64,000 nt of DNA from an uncultured Candidatus Saccharibacteria bacterium. Its GTDB lineage: Bacteria > Patescibacteriota > Minisyncoccia > UBA6257 > WO2-44-18. The notes under the pieces are model-generated. The model ran no database searches. It saw only the letters and a list, made by a program, of their open reading frames with translations, and had not been told where the DNA came from. The stretch lies in assembly GCA_964361795.1 (NCBI GenBank), contig CAYIBZ010000002.1, positions 9,362 to 73,361 on the forward strand. Direction: 5' to 3'. Each line of letters begins with the position of its first letter. Within the stretch, counting starts at the first letter, position 1. Both the position numbers and the translations under genes were made by a program. Shown piece after piece: positions 48,526 through 57,898 of this stretch.

Positions 48526-49643
48526 GATTTATAAATTTCTTCGGTTTTTTTAATCATTGTCAGCAAATTCAATTTTTCTTTCAAAAAATTGTTGGCTTTG
48601 GCGGCAAAATCTCTTGCGTCTTGTGGATGTTCTAATAAGTAGCTTACTGCCCTTGCTAATTCTTGGGGTTCCTTGGGGGGCATCACTAATCCCCGTCCTT
48701 CAATAATTTCAGTCATTCCGCCAACGCGCGTCACCACAAGCGGAATTTCTGCCGCCATCGCCTCGAGCATAGTATATGGCAGTCCTTCTTTAATAGAAGT
48801 TAAAAGAAAAATATCAAATGCTTTCAAATACGGGGCGGCTGGCGCGATATTTTCTAAAATGAAAAACCGATCGCCTAATCCTAAGTTCTGAATTCTAGAC
48901 TCTAAATTCTTCTTTAACGGTCCCGAACCGATAATAAAAAAATTAACATTAGGTAATAACGCGGCGCTTTCCAGGAAAGTTATATAATCTTTTTCCGTTA
49001 CTAAACGGCCAACAGAACCTATCCATATGCCATCAATTTTCAATTTTAAATTTTCCTTGCCTACCGGCAGGCAGGCAATTTTAAATTTCTTTAGCAATTC
49101 CCGACGAGCTTCTATTTTTCCTAAAAAATTTATTGGCGCAATACCATTATATATAGTTACTAATTTTTCAAATGGCGCGATTTTGTGATTAATAGCTAAT
49201 TGTTTGTCATATTCAGAGACATTAATAATAACGTCTTGGAATCTGGCGGCTATTTTATGCAGCCAGATATAGAAATGCCTCTTTAAAGAATTTAATTTAT
49301 TATTTGGATTAAAAACCCATCCATGCGCGGTAAAAATAATCTTTTTAACTCCTGCCAACCTTGCCGCAATGGCTCCTATAACACCCGCCTTGGAACTGTT
49401 AAGATGTACAATATCTGGCTTTTCTTTCCAAAAAAAGAAAAGTAATTCTCCTAAAGCTAACAGATCGTTAATAAACAAAAAATGAGGCAAAAGAGAATTA
49501 GACAGGAAACGAGCGCCAGTCCTGCCGCCAGTTAAAATCTTCAATTCAAATCTGCTAAGGTCAAGATTTTCTTTAAGATCTTTGACGTACTTCTGCGCGC
49601 CGCCAACATCATCTTTCGTCACTAAAAGGATGATCTTAATCAT
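48522..49643 (-). CDS. glycosyltransferase family 4
   Basis: EGLPYTMLEAMAAEIPLVVTRVGG and GRLVTEKD motifs. Contains a second copy of the 47-nt palindromic segment. Confidence 0.7.
   Translation of the reverse strand: MIKIILLVTKDDVGGAQKYVKDLKENLDLSRFELKILTGGRTGARFLSNSLLPHFLFINDLLALGELLFFFWKEKPDIVHLNSSKAGVIGAIAARLAGVKKIIFTAHGWVFNPNNKLNSLKRHFYIWLHKIAARFQDVIINVSEYDKQLAINHKIAPFEKLVTIYNGIAPINFLGKIEARRELLKKFKIACLPVGKENLKLKIDGIWIGSVGRLVTEKDYITFLESAALLPNVNFFIIGSGPLKKNLESRIQNLGLGDRFFILENIAPAAPYLKAFDIFLLTSIKEGLPYTMLEAMAAEIPLVVTRVGGMTEIIEGRGLVMPPKEPQELARAVSYLLEHPQDARDFAAKANNFLKEKLNLLTMIKKTEEIYKS
49042..49088. repeat. 47-nt segment, copy 2 (inside GT4 gene 48522..49643, in-frame, encodes KIACLPVGKENLKL at a non-homologous position)
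   Basis: Identical 47-mer to 46673-46719. It lies before the GRL motif of this GT4, whereas copy 1 lies in the inter-domain linker. Confidence 0.6.
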
Positions 49644-49663
49644 TCCTTTTTATAACCCAAATT

Positions 49664-50482
49664 TTATTGACGCAGTTTCTCTATTTCTTGTTTAACTGCT
49701 TCAGCTTGAGTATCGCTGAAACCTTCGGCTGTTAAAAATTTCTCAAAATATTTTATTGCTTCCGCTTTTTCTCCGGTATCTCTATAATATAATGCCAGAT
49801 TTAATAACAAATTAGCGTCTTTTGGGACATATACCAACCCTTCAAGCAAAACATCATCCACTAAATCATACTTCTCTTTATAAAAATCTCGGTAAAATTC
49901 CGCTAATCCTAAATGAAAATTGACTGAATTGCGGTCTAATCGAAGGGCTTTATAATAGTTTGATTCGGCCTTCTTAAAATCCCGCAAATATAATGCATAG
50001 AGATTGCCAAGATTAAAATAGTTTAAGCCATAATTGGGATTAATTTTATTTGTGTGATCCCAAACATCTTTTGCTCCGACATAATTATCAACATTTTTTT
50101 TAACTAAGCCAATATCAATCCAATTATCAATCTGATCTGGATTTTTTGTAACTGCCTCTACAAGACTTAGTAATCTATTGCGATTACTTTCCACAAATTC
50201 CTTTGGATACTTTTCCAAAATCTTATAATCTCCAAGATAATCCAACTTCTGACCAGTATATTTTTGCCGAGGCGCAACATCTTTATTTGTGGTACTAATA
50301 ATGTTTTCTGTTGTAGTACTAGCTACTACGTCTGGTTGCGTTATTGGCTCCGATTTGTCAAATAAATAAGCAGAAGTTATCCAACCGCCCGCCGCTAAAA
50401 ACAAACCAAGAGCTGTTATCCAAAATAAAAATTGCTTAGACATATTGACATTTATTAAAGCAAAAAAATGACTAAAACGCAA
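49664..50482 (-). CDS. TPR-repeat protein with N-terminal membrane anchor
   Basis: N-terminal hydrophobic helix, then TPR-like repeats (YFNLGNLYALYLRDFKKAESNYYKAL...). Confidence 0.55.
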   Translation of the reverse strand: MRFSHFFALINVNMSKQFLFWITALGLFLAAGGWITSAYLFDKSEPITQPDVVASTTTENIISTTNKDVAPRQKYTGQKLDYLGDYKILEKYPKEFVESNRNRLLSLVEAVTKNPDQIDNWIDIGLVKKNVDNYVGAKDVWDHTNKINPNYGLNYFNLGNLYALYLRDFKKAESNYYKALRLDRNSVNFHLGLAEFYRDFYKEKYDLVDDVLLEGLVYVPKDANLLLNLALYYRDTGEKAEAIKYFEKFLTAEGFSDTQAEAVKQEIEKLRQ

Positions 50483-50507
50483 ACCCCTCCGATGTCCATC
50501 GGAGGGG
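50462..50507 (-). terminator. intrinsic terminator downstream of the giant surface-protein gene
   Basis: CCCCTCCGATG-TC-CATCGGAGGGG, a 9-11 bp GC-rich stem at 50484-50507. The minus strand continues TTTGCGTTTTAGTCATTTTTTT. Confidence 0.5.
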
Positions 50508-50544
50508 TAGCGCTTTAACTAAAGCTCAAGCCTTTAGCTAAGAA

Positions 50545-53500
50545 TTAACTACTCTTACTTAACGTTTCAGCAACGCCCGTATCGGTATTACTCAAACCAG
50601 GCACCAGGAATCCGTTAAACCAATCATAATCAACAACATTCTGACTGCTATTGGTAGAATTACCGGACCAGATAAAGTCGTTGTCGCTGTACAAGTCAGT
50701 GAGACCGGCAGTGGTAGCAAATATGTAACGACCAGTGCTCCAGTCATCGCTATCCGCGGTATTTTCCTTACCACCGTTTTCGTCCGCAACACGACCAGTT
50801 ACATGACCGCCAACCGCAAAGCTTGCATCGCCCTGCATCTTGACCGTAATGCTATGCGTAGTAGTGGCATTAGTGATATCACCAAGCAATTCAAACCATC
50901 TAGTTGTGCCAGCTGTAATTCGGATAGCTTCAGGCGTACCGCTAGCTGTCGCAGTCGGATTGAAGTAAACAGATAGATCAACATCTTGATCTCCTTGTAA
51001 GACCGTACCATCGCCATCAGCAATACCGCCAGCTAAAGCTTCTGTAGAAGCCTCAACCATGAATGCTGGCATATGAACGGATGTGGAACCAAAGTCCACG
51101 TTATCCTCTACGCCATTAGCAATAGCCAAAGCATATTGATTCATAAGACCGTTTGTATTTCCACAAGACGGCGTCACGAATTCATCGGAATAACATTTGA
51201 CTTGCAAGTTAGCCACTGTAAAGTCATTGCTGAAATCGGTATCTATATTACTTCCGGCGTCACCATCGTCAGTTGGCAATTCAACTACATCTTTTGAGGA
51301 AGTTGACAAGTTAAACGTGAACTTGTATAAACTGACGCCATTGGTACCCGAAGGAGCAGAGACTTTGAACCTATACAAAGCTTTGCTTGTGGCGTTTTGA
51401 CCAAATGTATTGTTCGGCAAGGACAGCTTAGTTACGGTCGGATACGCCCTTGCTAATCTAGCGCCATTAGTACCGGTGTCAGAACCCGCAGAACCGATAG
51501 TAGTTCCAGATGATCCCCCTACGCCAACAACACCTCTCTGACAAGTTGCGTTATCGCAGTTTGTTGAGTTAGAAGCGTCATAATTGATAAATAGCATATG
51601 ACCAGGACGTCCTGCTAAGGAAGTGCCAATTAGGCCTGCGTCAGCTTTAACGGTAAGAATAACCTGGCCATCTTTTGGAACGGTAACGCCAGTCAAAGTT
51701 GCAGTCGCGTAATCCGTAGAAGTGAATACTGCTTCGCCAACCTTAGTTGGTGGATTTGTTGCGTTATTCCAAATCGTTACTTTAGCAACGTCAGATGGGG
51801 AGTTAGAAGCATTGGAAGGAGCATTAGAGTCAGTTGAGGTAGCTATCTGCAAACCAAGAGTGTTAACTATAACATCCTCATCGGTAGCATTTAGTCTCAA
51901 TGACAGCAAAGTATTATCTGTAGAACCGGCCTGTACCCATTTAAGCGGAGTAACTGGATCTTCATTAGCCGACAAACTTCCGCCACTCACGGCGGTAATA
52001 ATACGGCCATCATTAGCAGTAATAGAATCTGAACCGTCAACCGTTTGGCCGGATGTCATTCCGGTAGCGGTTAGAGATGCGTCAGCATCGGTAATACCCC
52101 ATTCCCATTGATGACCAAGAGCAGCGCCAGCAACTAAGTTGCATTTAACACTTAGGGTTTTTACTGTTCCTTTCGGAACAATCAAACCGGTATCAAAGGC
52201 AAATGTTCTATTGGCCGCGCTTGTAAGGCTGTTGGTCGGATTTTCCAGATTGCCGCCAGTATTTAATGGCGTAGATCCATCGTAAAGTTGGCAATTGGTC
52301 AGATCGTCAGCGGCATTTGCGGAAGTGAAAGTAAGCCGCAACTGCATTCCTGTAACACGAACATCTTCACCGGAACCGCTTGCGTCTAGTACATAATCAG
52401 TGAACTTGTAATTACCGGTTCCAGCAACCACATTTTGAGCAGTAGTACTGCCATTAGCTTGTGTATTTGGAGTCAGAGTCAACGTCAAAACCGCGGCCTT
52501 AACAGTCATAGTACTCATCGTTACCGCGCTAGAAGGACTCGGAGTAACCGTAGTAGTAGATGTTACACCTTTCACTGTCGTCCAGTCACTGCTCGGAGTG
52601 GTAGAAGCGGCAACTGTATCGTTATTACCGATATCAGTACCAATTTTACCTTTCAAGGTATAGACCGTACGGCCAGGTTTGAATGTAACAGTATTGGTAA
52701 ACCTAATACCGTTATTACCTCCGGCTGATCCATCCACCGGACCAGCAACCACGGTGCCGCTTGCGTCAGCCAAAGTAATACCAGTTATGTCGTTAGTATC
52801 AATGGATGCGCCAGTAGCGCTATCGGTGCCATCATCAACAACACTCAAGTCAAAGTTCATGCCAGCAACAGTAATATCTTCACCTTTAACATCTACAATT
52901 AAACCACCTAGTGGCTGATCCCCCAGAGAAATTGCGATGTTCTGGGAACCAACAGAAGTGGCATTTTGGGCTGTAATTGTTCCAGAGCCAATATACGCTT
53001 CATAGGCGTCAAAGTTTGGCTCTTCCGTACCGATACTGCCGTTGTCGTCAGTAGCAGTGTGAGCGGCAGCGCCGCCATCCCTACTTGGCAAAACGGAATA
53101 ATTGTAAGTCTTGCCAACAGCTTGAATATCGGCAAATCGGAACACATCTAAGTCAACAGTTCTTCCGGAACCGCCAACCACATCACCTCTAACGTAAACC
53201 TGTTTATTCAAACCTTTCAAAACCGTAACGCCATCGCCAAATTTACCGGTGTAGTACTTTCCATCGGAACTAACGGTAGCTACATAATCTGTTCCATCAA
53301 GATTAACTTTGACGTTAGCAAGATCGGCAGCGCCCGCTGAACCGTTCTGGTACCACCTAACAGATTTAAGTAAGATGTCTTCGTCAGAACCTGCGATAAG
53401 TCTCAAGCCAGAGAAGATTGAACCAGCGGTGCCAACCTCTTTCGTTAGGCCAGCGCCCGGATCAAAAGCGCCAATTGCAACAGTTAAGGTTCCAATTGCC

Positions 53501-54438
53501 AAAGTGCTGTTAACAGTGTGAGTTGCCCCAACCAAAGGATAGGAAGCATTCACATTTGCACTCCCAGCATCAACTTTTGTTAAACTCAATGAAACCAGTT
53601 GACCATTGTAGTCATTCTGATCGCTATCAGAATCACCAGCTAAGCTCATAGTTCTGGTTTTACCAGCTTTGACGGTAAACTTTTCAGTTAACGTCAATGT
53701 ATGATCAGAACCAAATGTCTTAGTTGCGCCTAGTCTTGTGCCGTCTTCATCTAAAAGAATAACGCCTGAGAAAGCGGAATCATTAGCTTGACCAGTTCTT
53801 TCAACCTTCAAAGAATTGACGGTTACATCGCCATCAGCCGAAGCAGTGAAGTTCAATTTCGTAAAATCTCGGCTGGCAAATGATTCACCGAACAAGCCGT
53901 TTGCCGGTTGATTAGGAGCTAAAGTAACAGTTAAACCTGTACCAGCAGGAGCGCCGGGCGCAGCTGGAGCAGGAGCGCCAGGTGCGGCAGCAAGCGACGT
54001 GTACTTTGCTCTAGATTTTGGACCGAAATAACCAACAGCCGGTGAAAGGTTGTTGGCGGCTTGCCATTTGGCTACGGCTGCTCTAGACAACGAACCAAAA
54101 TAAGTAGTTTCATTGCCAGGAGAACCTGCGCCACTAGCGGCAACTTTCTGGCCAGCGCCATTTAGGTATTGCTGTAAGCATTTCACGTCATCCCCCTTTG
54201 AACCCACGGTGAGGTCGCGAGTAAAGTTGCATGACGGAGCCGCTGCAGCGCCACCTGTTTGGGCAGCCAATTGCGCCTGAAGGGCCGCAATCTGTTGTAG
54301 CAAAGCATTGATTTGCGCTTGCAAATCAGTTGCTTGTGCGTGTGCGACTGGTACAAGCATCGTAAAACCAGAAAGCCAAAGAGCAGTTGTAGCTGAAAGC
54401 ACAACTGAAGTGACTTTCCTTGTTATGTTTGTACTCAT
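50545..54438 (-). CDS. giant secreted/surface protein (1297 aa): signal peptide, coiled-coil, peptidoglycan-binding domain (PG_binding_1), Pro/Ala linker, long Thr/Gly/Ser/Ala/Val-rich beta-rich region (S-layer/adhesin-like)
   Basis: N-terminal hydrophobic signal (VVLSATTALWLSGFTMLVPVAHA) then LQAQINALLQQIAALQAQL. PG-binding motif GSKGDDVKCLQQYLNGAG...YFGSLSRAAVAKWQAANNL. APGAPAPAAPGAPAG linker. Remainder is low-complexity T/G/S/A-rich. Locally GC-rich relative to the window. Confidence 0.6.
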   Translation of the reverse strand: MSTNITRKVTSVVLSATTALWLSGFTMLVPVAHAQATDLQAQINALLQQIAALQAQLAAQTGGAAAAPSCNFTRDLTVGSKGDDVKCLQQYLNGAGQKVAASGAGSPGNETTYFGSLSRAAVAKWQAANNLSPAVGYFGPKSRAKYTSLAAAPGAPAPAAPGAPAGTGLTVTLAPNQPANGLFGESFASRDFTKLNFTASADGDVTVNSLKVERTGQANDSAFSGVILLDEDGTRLGATKTFGSDHTLTLTEKFTVKAGKTRTMSLAGDSDSDQNDYNGQLVSLSLTKVDAGSANVNASYPLVGATHTVNSTLAIGTLTVAIGAFDPGAGLTKEVGTAGSIFSGLRLIAGSDEDILLKSVRWYQNGSAGAADLANVKVNLDGTDYVATVSSDGKYYTGKFGDGVTVLKGLNKQVYVRGDVVGGSGRTVDLDVFRFADIQAVGKTYNYSVLPSRDGGAAAHTATDDNGSIGTEEPNFDAYEAYIGSGTITAQNATSVGSQNIAISLGDQPLGGLIVDVKGEDITVAGMNFDLSVVDDGTDSATGASIDTNDITGITLADASGTVVAGPVDGSAGGNNGIRFTNTVTFKPGRTVYTLKGKIGTDIGNNDTVAASTTPSSDWTTVKGVTSTTTVTPSPSSAVTMSTMTVKAAVLTLTLTPNTQANGSTTAQNVVAGTGNYKFTDYVLDASGSGEDVRVTGMQLRLTFTSANAADDLTNCQLYDGSTPLNTGGNLENPTNSLTSAANRTFAFDTGLIVPKGTVKTLSVKCNLVAGAALGHQWEWGITDADASLTATGMTSGQTVDGSDSITANDGRIITAVSGGSLSANEDPVTPLKWVQAGSTDNTLLSLRLNATDEDVIVNTLGLQIATSTDSNAPSNASNSPSDVAKVTIWNNATNPPTKVGEAVFTSTDYATATLTGVTVPKDGQVILTVKADAGLIGTSLAGRPGHMLFINYDASNSTNCDNATCQRGVVGVGGSSGTTIGSAGSDTGTNGARLARAYPTVTKLSLPNNTFGQNATSKALYRFKVSAPSGTNGVSLYKFTFNLSTSSKDVVELPTDDGDAGSNIDTDFSNDFTVANLQVKCYSDEFVTPSCGNTNGLMNQYALAIANGVEDNVDFGSTSVHMPAFMVEASTEALAGGIADGDGTVLQGDQDVDLSVYFNPTATASGTPEAIRITAGTTRWFELLGDITNATTTHSITVKMQGDASFAVGGHVTGRVADENGGKENTADSDDWSTGRYIFATTAGLTDLYSDNDFIWSGNSTNSSQNVVDYDWFNGFLVPGLSNTDTGVAETLSKSS

Positions 54439-54580
54439 ATATTTTTTATTTTCTTTAAATTATTTAACTAATTAATTGTATATTTTTTAATTGTCAGAAA
54501 AATTACCAGAAGTCCTTCTCTTACGCTCATGCGATAGAGAATCGACCCAGACAACGAGATAATTTTAGGTATCAAAGAAT

Positions 54581-54605
54581 AAAAAAACTCTCCCTTTTTT
54601 GGGAG
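54581..54605 (-). terminator. putative intrinsic terminator downstream of 54740..55342, upstream of the surface-protein promoter region
   Basis: CTCCC-TTTTTT-GGGAG short GC stem. Plus-strand AAAAAAA at 54581-54587 gives a T-tract on the minus strand. Confidence 0.4.
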
Positions 54606-54739
54606 GCCATCAGACATTAGAACAAACTTTGCGCTTGGTAAAAACCAAACACAAAAGCTTTTCTAAAAAGTCTTGATTCAGCCTCACCCGGAATCAAAAC
54701 AGAATATTAACCTATACGTTAATTATAACGAAAAAGCGA

Positions 54740-55342
54740 TTATTTCATTACATAGTAACTTCCCGGACCGCCGTTTCCAACTCTTTCAATAATGCCCTGA
54801 TTACATAACTTCTGGAGGTCATACCTCATAGTTCTTTCACTAATATCCGGAAATTCGGCAATTATATCCTTAAGCTGGAGTTGCCGATTTGCCGATTGCC
54901 GCATTCTTTCAACAATTGCCGATTGCCGCATTGCCGGATTATTGTATTGCCGGTTTTGGTTGTTTTCATCAGAAGGATAACTATGTTCCTCTGTTTGTTG
55001 AGAAGAATAAACAGGCAATCTTGAGAACAGAGACTCTAAATTTGGTACTCCTTGCGGTAATTCGGCAATTTGCTTCATTGCCGAATTAAGACTATTAAGC
55101 TCTCTAATAAGGATAGAGGCGTTGGTCGGTTCTATCTCAAAAATGGACCTGCCTACATTGATCAGGCTATCCAAAGACAATACGGTCTTGTTAATAGCAG
55201 AAAGATCCATAGATGCCGTATCTTCTATCAATTGGAAGGATAATTTTTCTATTCTTTGTTTTAATTCTGATCTCCTGATATATGCGGCAACTCTGATTAG
55301 GGCATGGCTGATTTCTTGAGCTTTCTGATTAACAAACATCAA
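54740..55342 (-). CDS. hypothetical protein with C-terminal winged-HTH-like segment
   Basis: C-terminal LKDIIAEFPDISERTMRYDLQKLCNQGIIERVG resembles DeoR/HTH-type DNA-binding helices. Internal MRQSA peptide repeat encoded by TTGCCGATTGCCGCATT direct repeats. Confidence 0.3.
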   Translation of the reverse strand: MMFVNQKAQEISHALIRVAAYIRRSELKQRIEKLSFQLIEDTASMDLSAINKTVLSLDSLINVGRSIFEIEPTNASILIRELNSLNSAMKQIAELPQGVPNLESLFSRLPVYSSQQTEEHSYPSDENNQNRQYNNPAMRQSAIVERMRQSANRQLQLKDIIAEFPDISERTMRYDLQKLCNQGIIERVGNGGPGSYYVMK

Positions 55343-55456
55343 AAATTAGTTTAAACTATGCGTATATGGAAGTCAAAAAAGCAGTTTTGCCGCTTGCCGG
55401 ACTGGGAACCCGGATAATGCCGCTAACTATACATCATCCGTAATTAAAATTTAATT

Positions 55457-57160
55457 TTGATGTTTACGAAAAAAAATGCGTTGCTCGCGCTTGCCGGCAT
55501 AATGCTGATTGGAGCCGTATTAAGATTTTGGAATATTAATCTTCCCGACATTGCCATTGATGACGCGTTATACTCCTTAAGATCAATTGGTTACATAGAT
55601 TATGTCGCCGCGATAAACCGGCAATCAACTCCAATTTCCTGGTTTTCTGAATCGCAATGGTGGCAATATCTTTCTTTTCATGATGCGCCGCCGCTAGTGT
55701 TTTGGGTGCAATGGTTATTTTTCCAAATTGGCGATGATAATATTTTTTTTGCCAGATTGCCGTTTGTAATTGCCGGATTAAGTTCAATACTGGCAATGTA
55801 CTTTTTGGGTAAAAAACTTGGAGGTGAAATTGCCGGTTTGCTTTCTGCTGGATTTTTAACAATATCAAACTATGCTATTTGGGTTTCCAGAATCGGCTAT
55901 TTAGACGGATTTTTGATTCTTTGGATCGCTTTATCTATATATTTTTTCATAAAAGCTGAAGAAAAATCTAAAAACTATATTTGGTGGGGAACAACTTTAG
56001 CCGCCGGCTTACTCACTAAATACACCTTTTTATTTATGGGTCCGGTATTTCTATTGCTGATTTTAATCTGGAGAAAAAGCGCGTTTCGCCAAAAATATTT
56101 TTATTTGGGAATTTTAGCAATAATAATTCTTATTTCTCCAATAATTGTTTATAACTTTATGATGTTCACGGCTAGAGGACATTTAGACGCCGCCCTTTCA
56201 ACTCTAGTCGGCCAAAAACCAGTTGATTTTCAAGGATTAACACGGGAAAAAAATATAGATTTGGACATTATTCCGGCAGTTAAAAGAATCGTCAGCAGAA
56301 ATTTCAGCGCGGGAATATGGATTATTTTGACAATGGGCATCATCGGTTCCATTCTCAATAAAAATAGAAATTCTAATAAGATTATAATGTTCATCGGATT
56401 GCTGTTTGGAATAATAATGTTAACTGTTACCGGGCCCAAAGACCGCTTCGGCGTCATACTTCTGCCATTCATTGCCTACCTTTTCAGCGCGGGAATTATT
56501 TGGGTTTATGCGAAATCGCCCAGTTGGAGCAAACCGTTAATTTCCATATTCACAGTGTCGTTCGTTTTATGGGAATTATTTTTTGCCGTTCAAACTCAAG
56601 TGATGGCCAACCCCTTAATTGAATCGCCGGTATTTTTATCTGTTAATCGCCCGATATTTGCCGGATACAATAATCTGGAAAATTACGTAAAAGCTTTTTA
56701 TGAAAAATTTAACGGCTTGTCAAAAATCATAATTTTCGCTGAAGAACCTCAACTTGCCAAATATCAGGAGAAGCGTGTTCTTGAACAACTGAAACTTAAT
56801 CCTAATCTTAAAAATCAAGAACATCTTCTGGTATTTGATGACCGCATGAGATGGTTTTCTTGGGTTTGGATTTTTGAGCGGCGGCGGCTTTACGAATCGG
56901 CGCCGATACATTCCATTGGCCAATTTCTGGAAAAACTGGATAAGCAAGATATTGAATTTTACACAAAGTCAGGCCTCAAAGACGCAACTTTTATTGTCGC
57001 AACCGAAAAAATATTGCCAACGGAAGAAAATTATATTGATGACCCGCGAACAAATTTTATCAGCGATTTAGAATCGTACGCCAAGCCAAACCAAGAAATC
57101 TTTGACCACCAAGGAGAAATAATTTTTAGGATGTACCGATTGCCTCTTAGCGCGTTTTAA
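55457..57160 (+). CDS. GT-C fold lipid-carrier-dependent glycosyltransferase (PMT/ArnT-like, GT39/GT83 family)
   Basis: N-terminal TM then DDALYSLRSIGYIDY and HDAPPLVFW loop motifs. About 12 TM helices and a C-terminal soluble domain. Next to the giant surface protein gene. Confidence 0.55.
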   Translation: MMFTKKNALLALAGIMLIGAVLRFWNINLPDIAIDDALYSLRSIGYIDYVAAINRQSTPISWFSESQWWQYLSFHDAPPLVFWVQWLFFQIGDDNIFFARLPFVIAGLSSILAMYFLGKKLGGEIAGLLSAGFLTISNYAIWVSRIGYLDGFLILWIALSIYFFIKAEEKSKNYIWWGTTLAAGLLTKYTFLFMGPVFLLLILIWRKSAFRQKYFYLGILAIIILISPIIVYNFMMFTARGHLDAALSTLVGQKPVDFQGLTREKNIDLDIIPAVKRIVSRNFSAGIWIILTMGIIGSILNKNRNSNKIIMFIGLLFGIIMLTVTGPKDRFGVILLPFIAYLFSAGIIWVYAKSPSWSKPLISIFTVSFVLWELFFAVQTQVMANPLIESPVFLSVNRPIFAGYNNLENYVKAFYEKFNGLSKIIIFAEEPQLAKYQEKRVLEQLKLNPNLKNQEHLLVFDDRMRWFSWVWIFERRRLYESAPIHSIGQFLEKLDKQDIEFYTKSGLKDATFIVATEKILPTEENYIDDPRTNFISDLESYAKPNQEIFDHQGEIIFRMYRLPLSAF

Positions 57161-57163
57161 GGT

Positions 57164-57898
57164 TTAAATTCCCCACTTCGTAGTTCCAAAAATAATAACC
57201 AGTAAAATCACGAAAACTGTTAAGTATCTTAAAATCAGCCGCTTGTTTAGGGATTGGTCAGCTTGGCGGGCAATCAAACTGGTTAATGTAAAATAGGTTA
57301 AAAAAACTAAACTTGCCGCGTTAATTGGCCCGAGCGGCAGTAAAGCCGCGAGCCAAGTAATTTCAGAAATAATAAACGCGGCCAGTAAAGCGACTAAAAT
57401 TTTTCTTGCGTAAAGGTTTCGTATCAGAACAAGAGCGGCTAAAAATAATCCAAAAAAATCCAATAAGAAAAATTTGGAAAGATCCGAGTAAAAAAACAGG
57501 ACGGCTGACGCGTAAAATAAAGAAAAATTTAAGAAGCTCTGCCAAAAGCTCCGATTAATTAAAATCAAATCTTTAATGCCTAAAATTAAATAAAAAAGAA
57601 ATACGGCGCCTAACCAGATCAATAAAAAATAACCGCTGTCTAAAGTTTTGCCAGCCGCCAATAAAGAAATGGCTATCAAGATCAGCAAATTGTACGATTG
57701 ATTAAAGCTATTAAACAGCGGACTGGTATAGAGAAATAAGGCAATTCCCAGAAAAAACAAAATCGGGAGCAATCCTAAACTCCCAATTTTTACCAACGCT
57801 AATCCTCCCCCAAAAATAAGGGCCTTAAGCGCTAACCGTAATTGTTGATCCCGCAAAACCAATCTTAACCTTGTCTCCATTTTTAATTTCGCCGCCAA
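57164..57898 (-). CDS. polytopic membrane protein, function unknown
   Basis: 244 aa, mostly hydrophobic helices. Overlaps the 3' end of clpB by about 70 nt, so the true start is probably internal. Confidence 0.3.
   Translation of the reverse strand: MAAKLKMETRLRLVLRDQQLRLALKALIFGGGLALVKIGSLGLLPILFFLGIALFLYTSPLFNSFNQSYNLLILIAISLLAAGKTLDSGYFLLIWLGAVFLFYLILGIKDLILINRSFWQSFLNFSLFYASAVLFFYSDLSKFFLLDFFGLFLAALVLIRNLYARKILVALLAAFIISEITWLAALLPLGPINAASLVFLTYFTLTSLIARQADQSLNKRLILRYLTVFVILLVIIFGTTKWGI

Noticed and set aside
54884-54940. TTGCCGATTGCCGCATT direct repeats inside ORF 54740..55342.
   Set aside because: They are explained by an in-frame peptide repeat (MRQSA...MRQSA) within a hypothetical protein. 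There is no spacer-like unique sequence and no evidence for a regulatory or CRISPR-like role.
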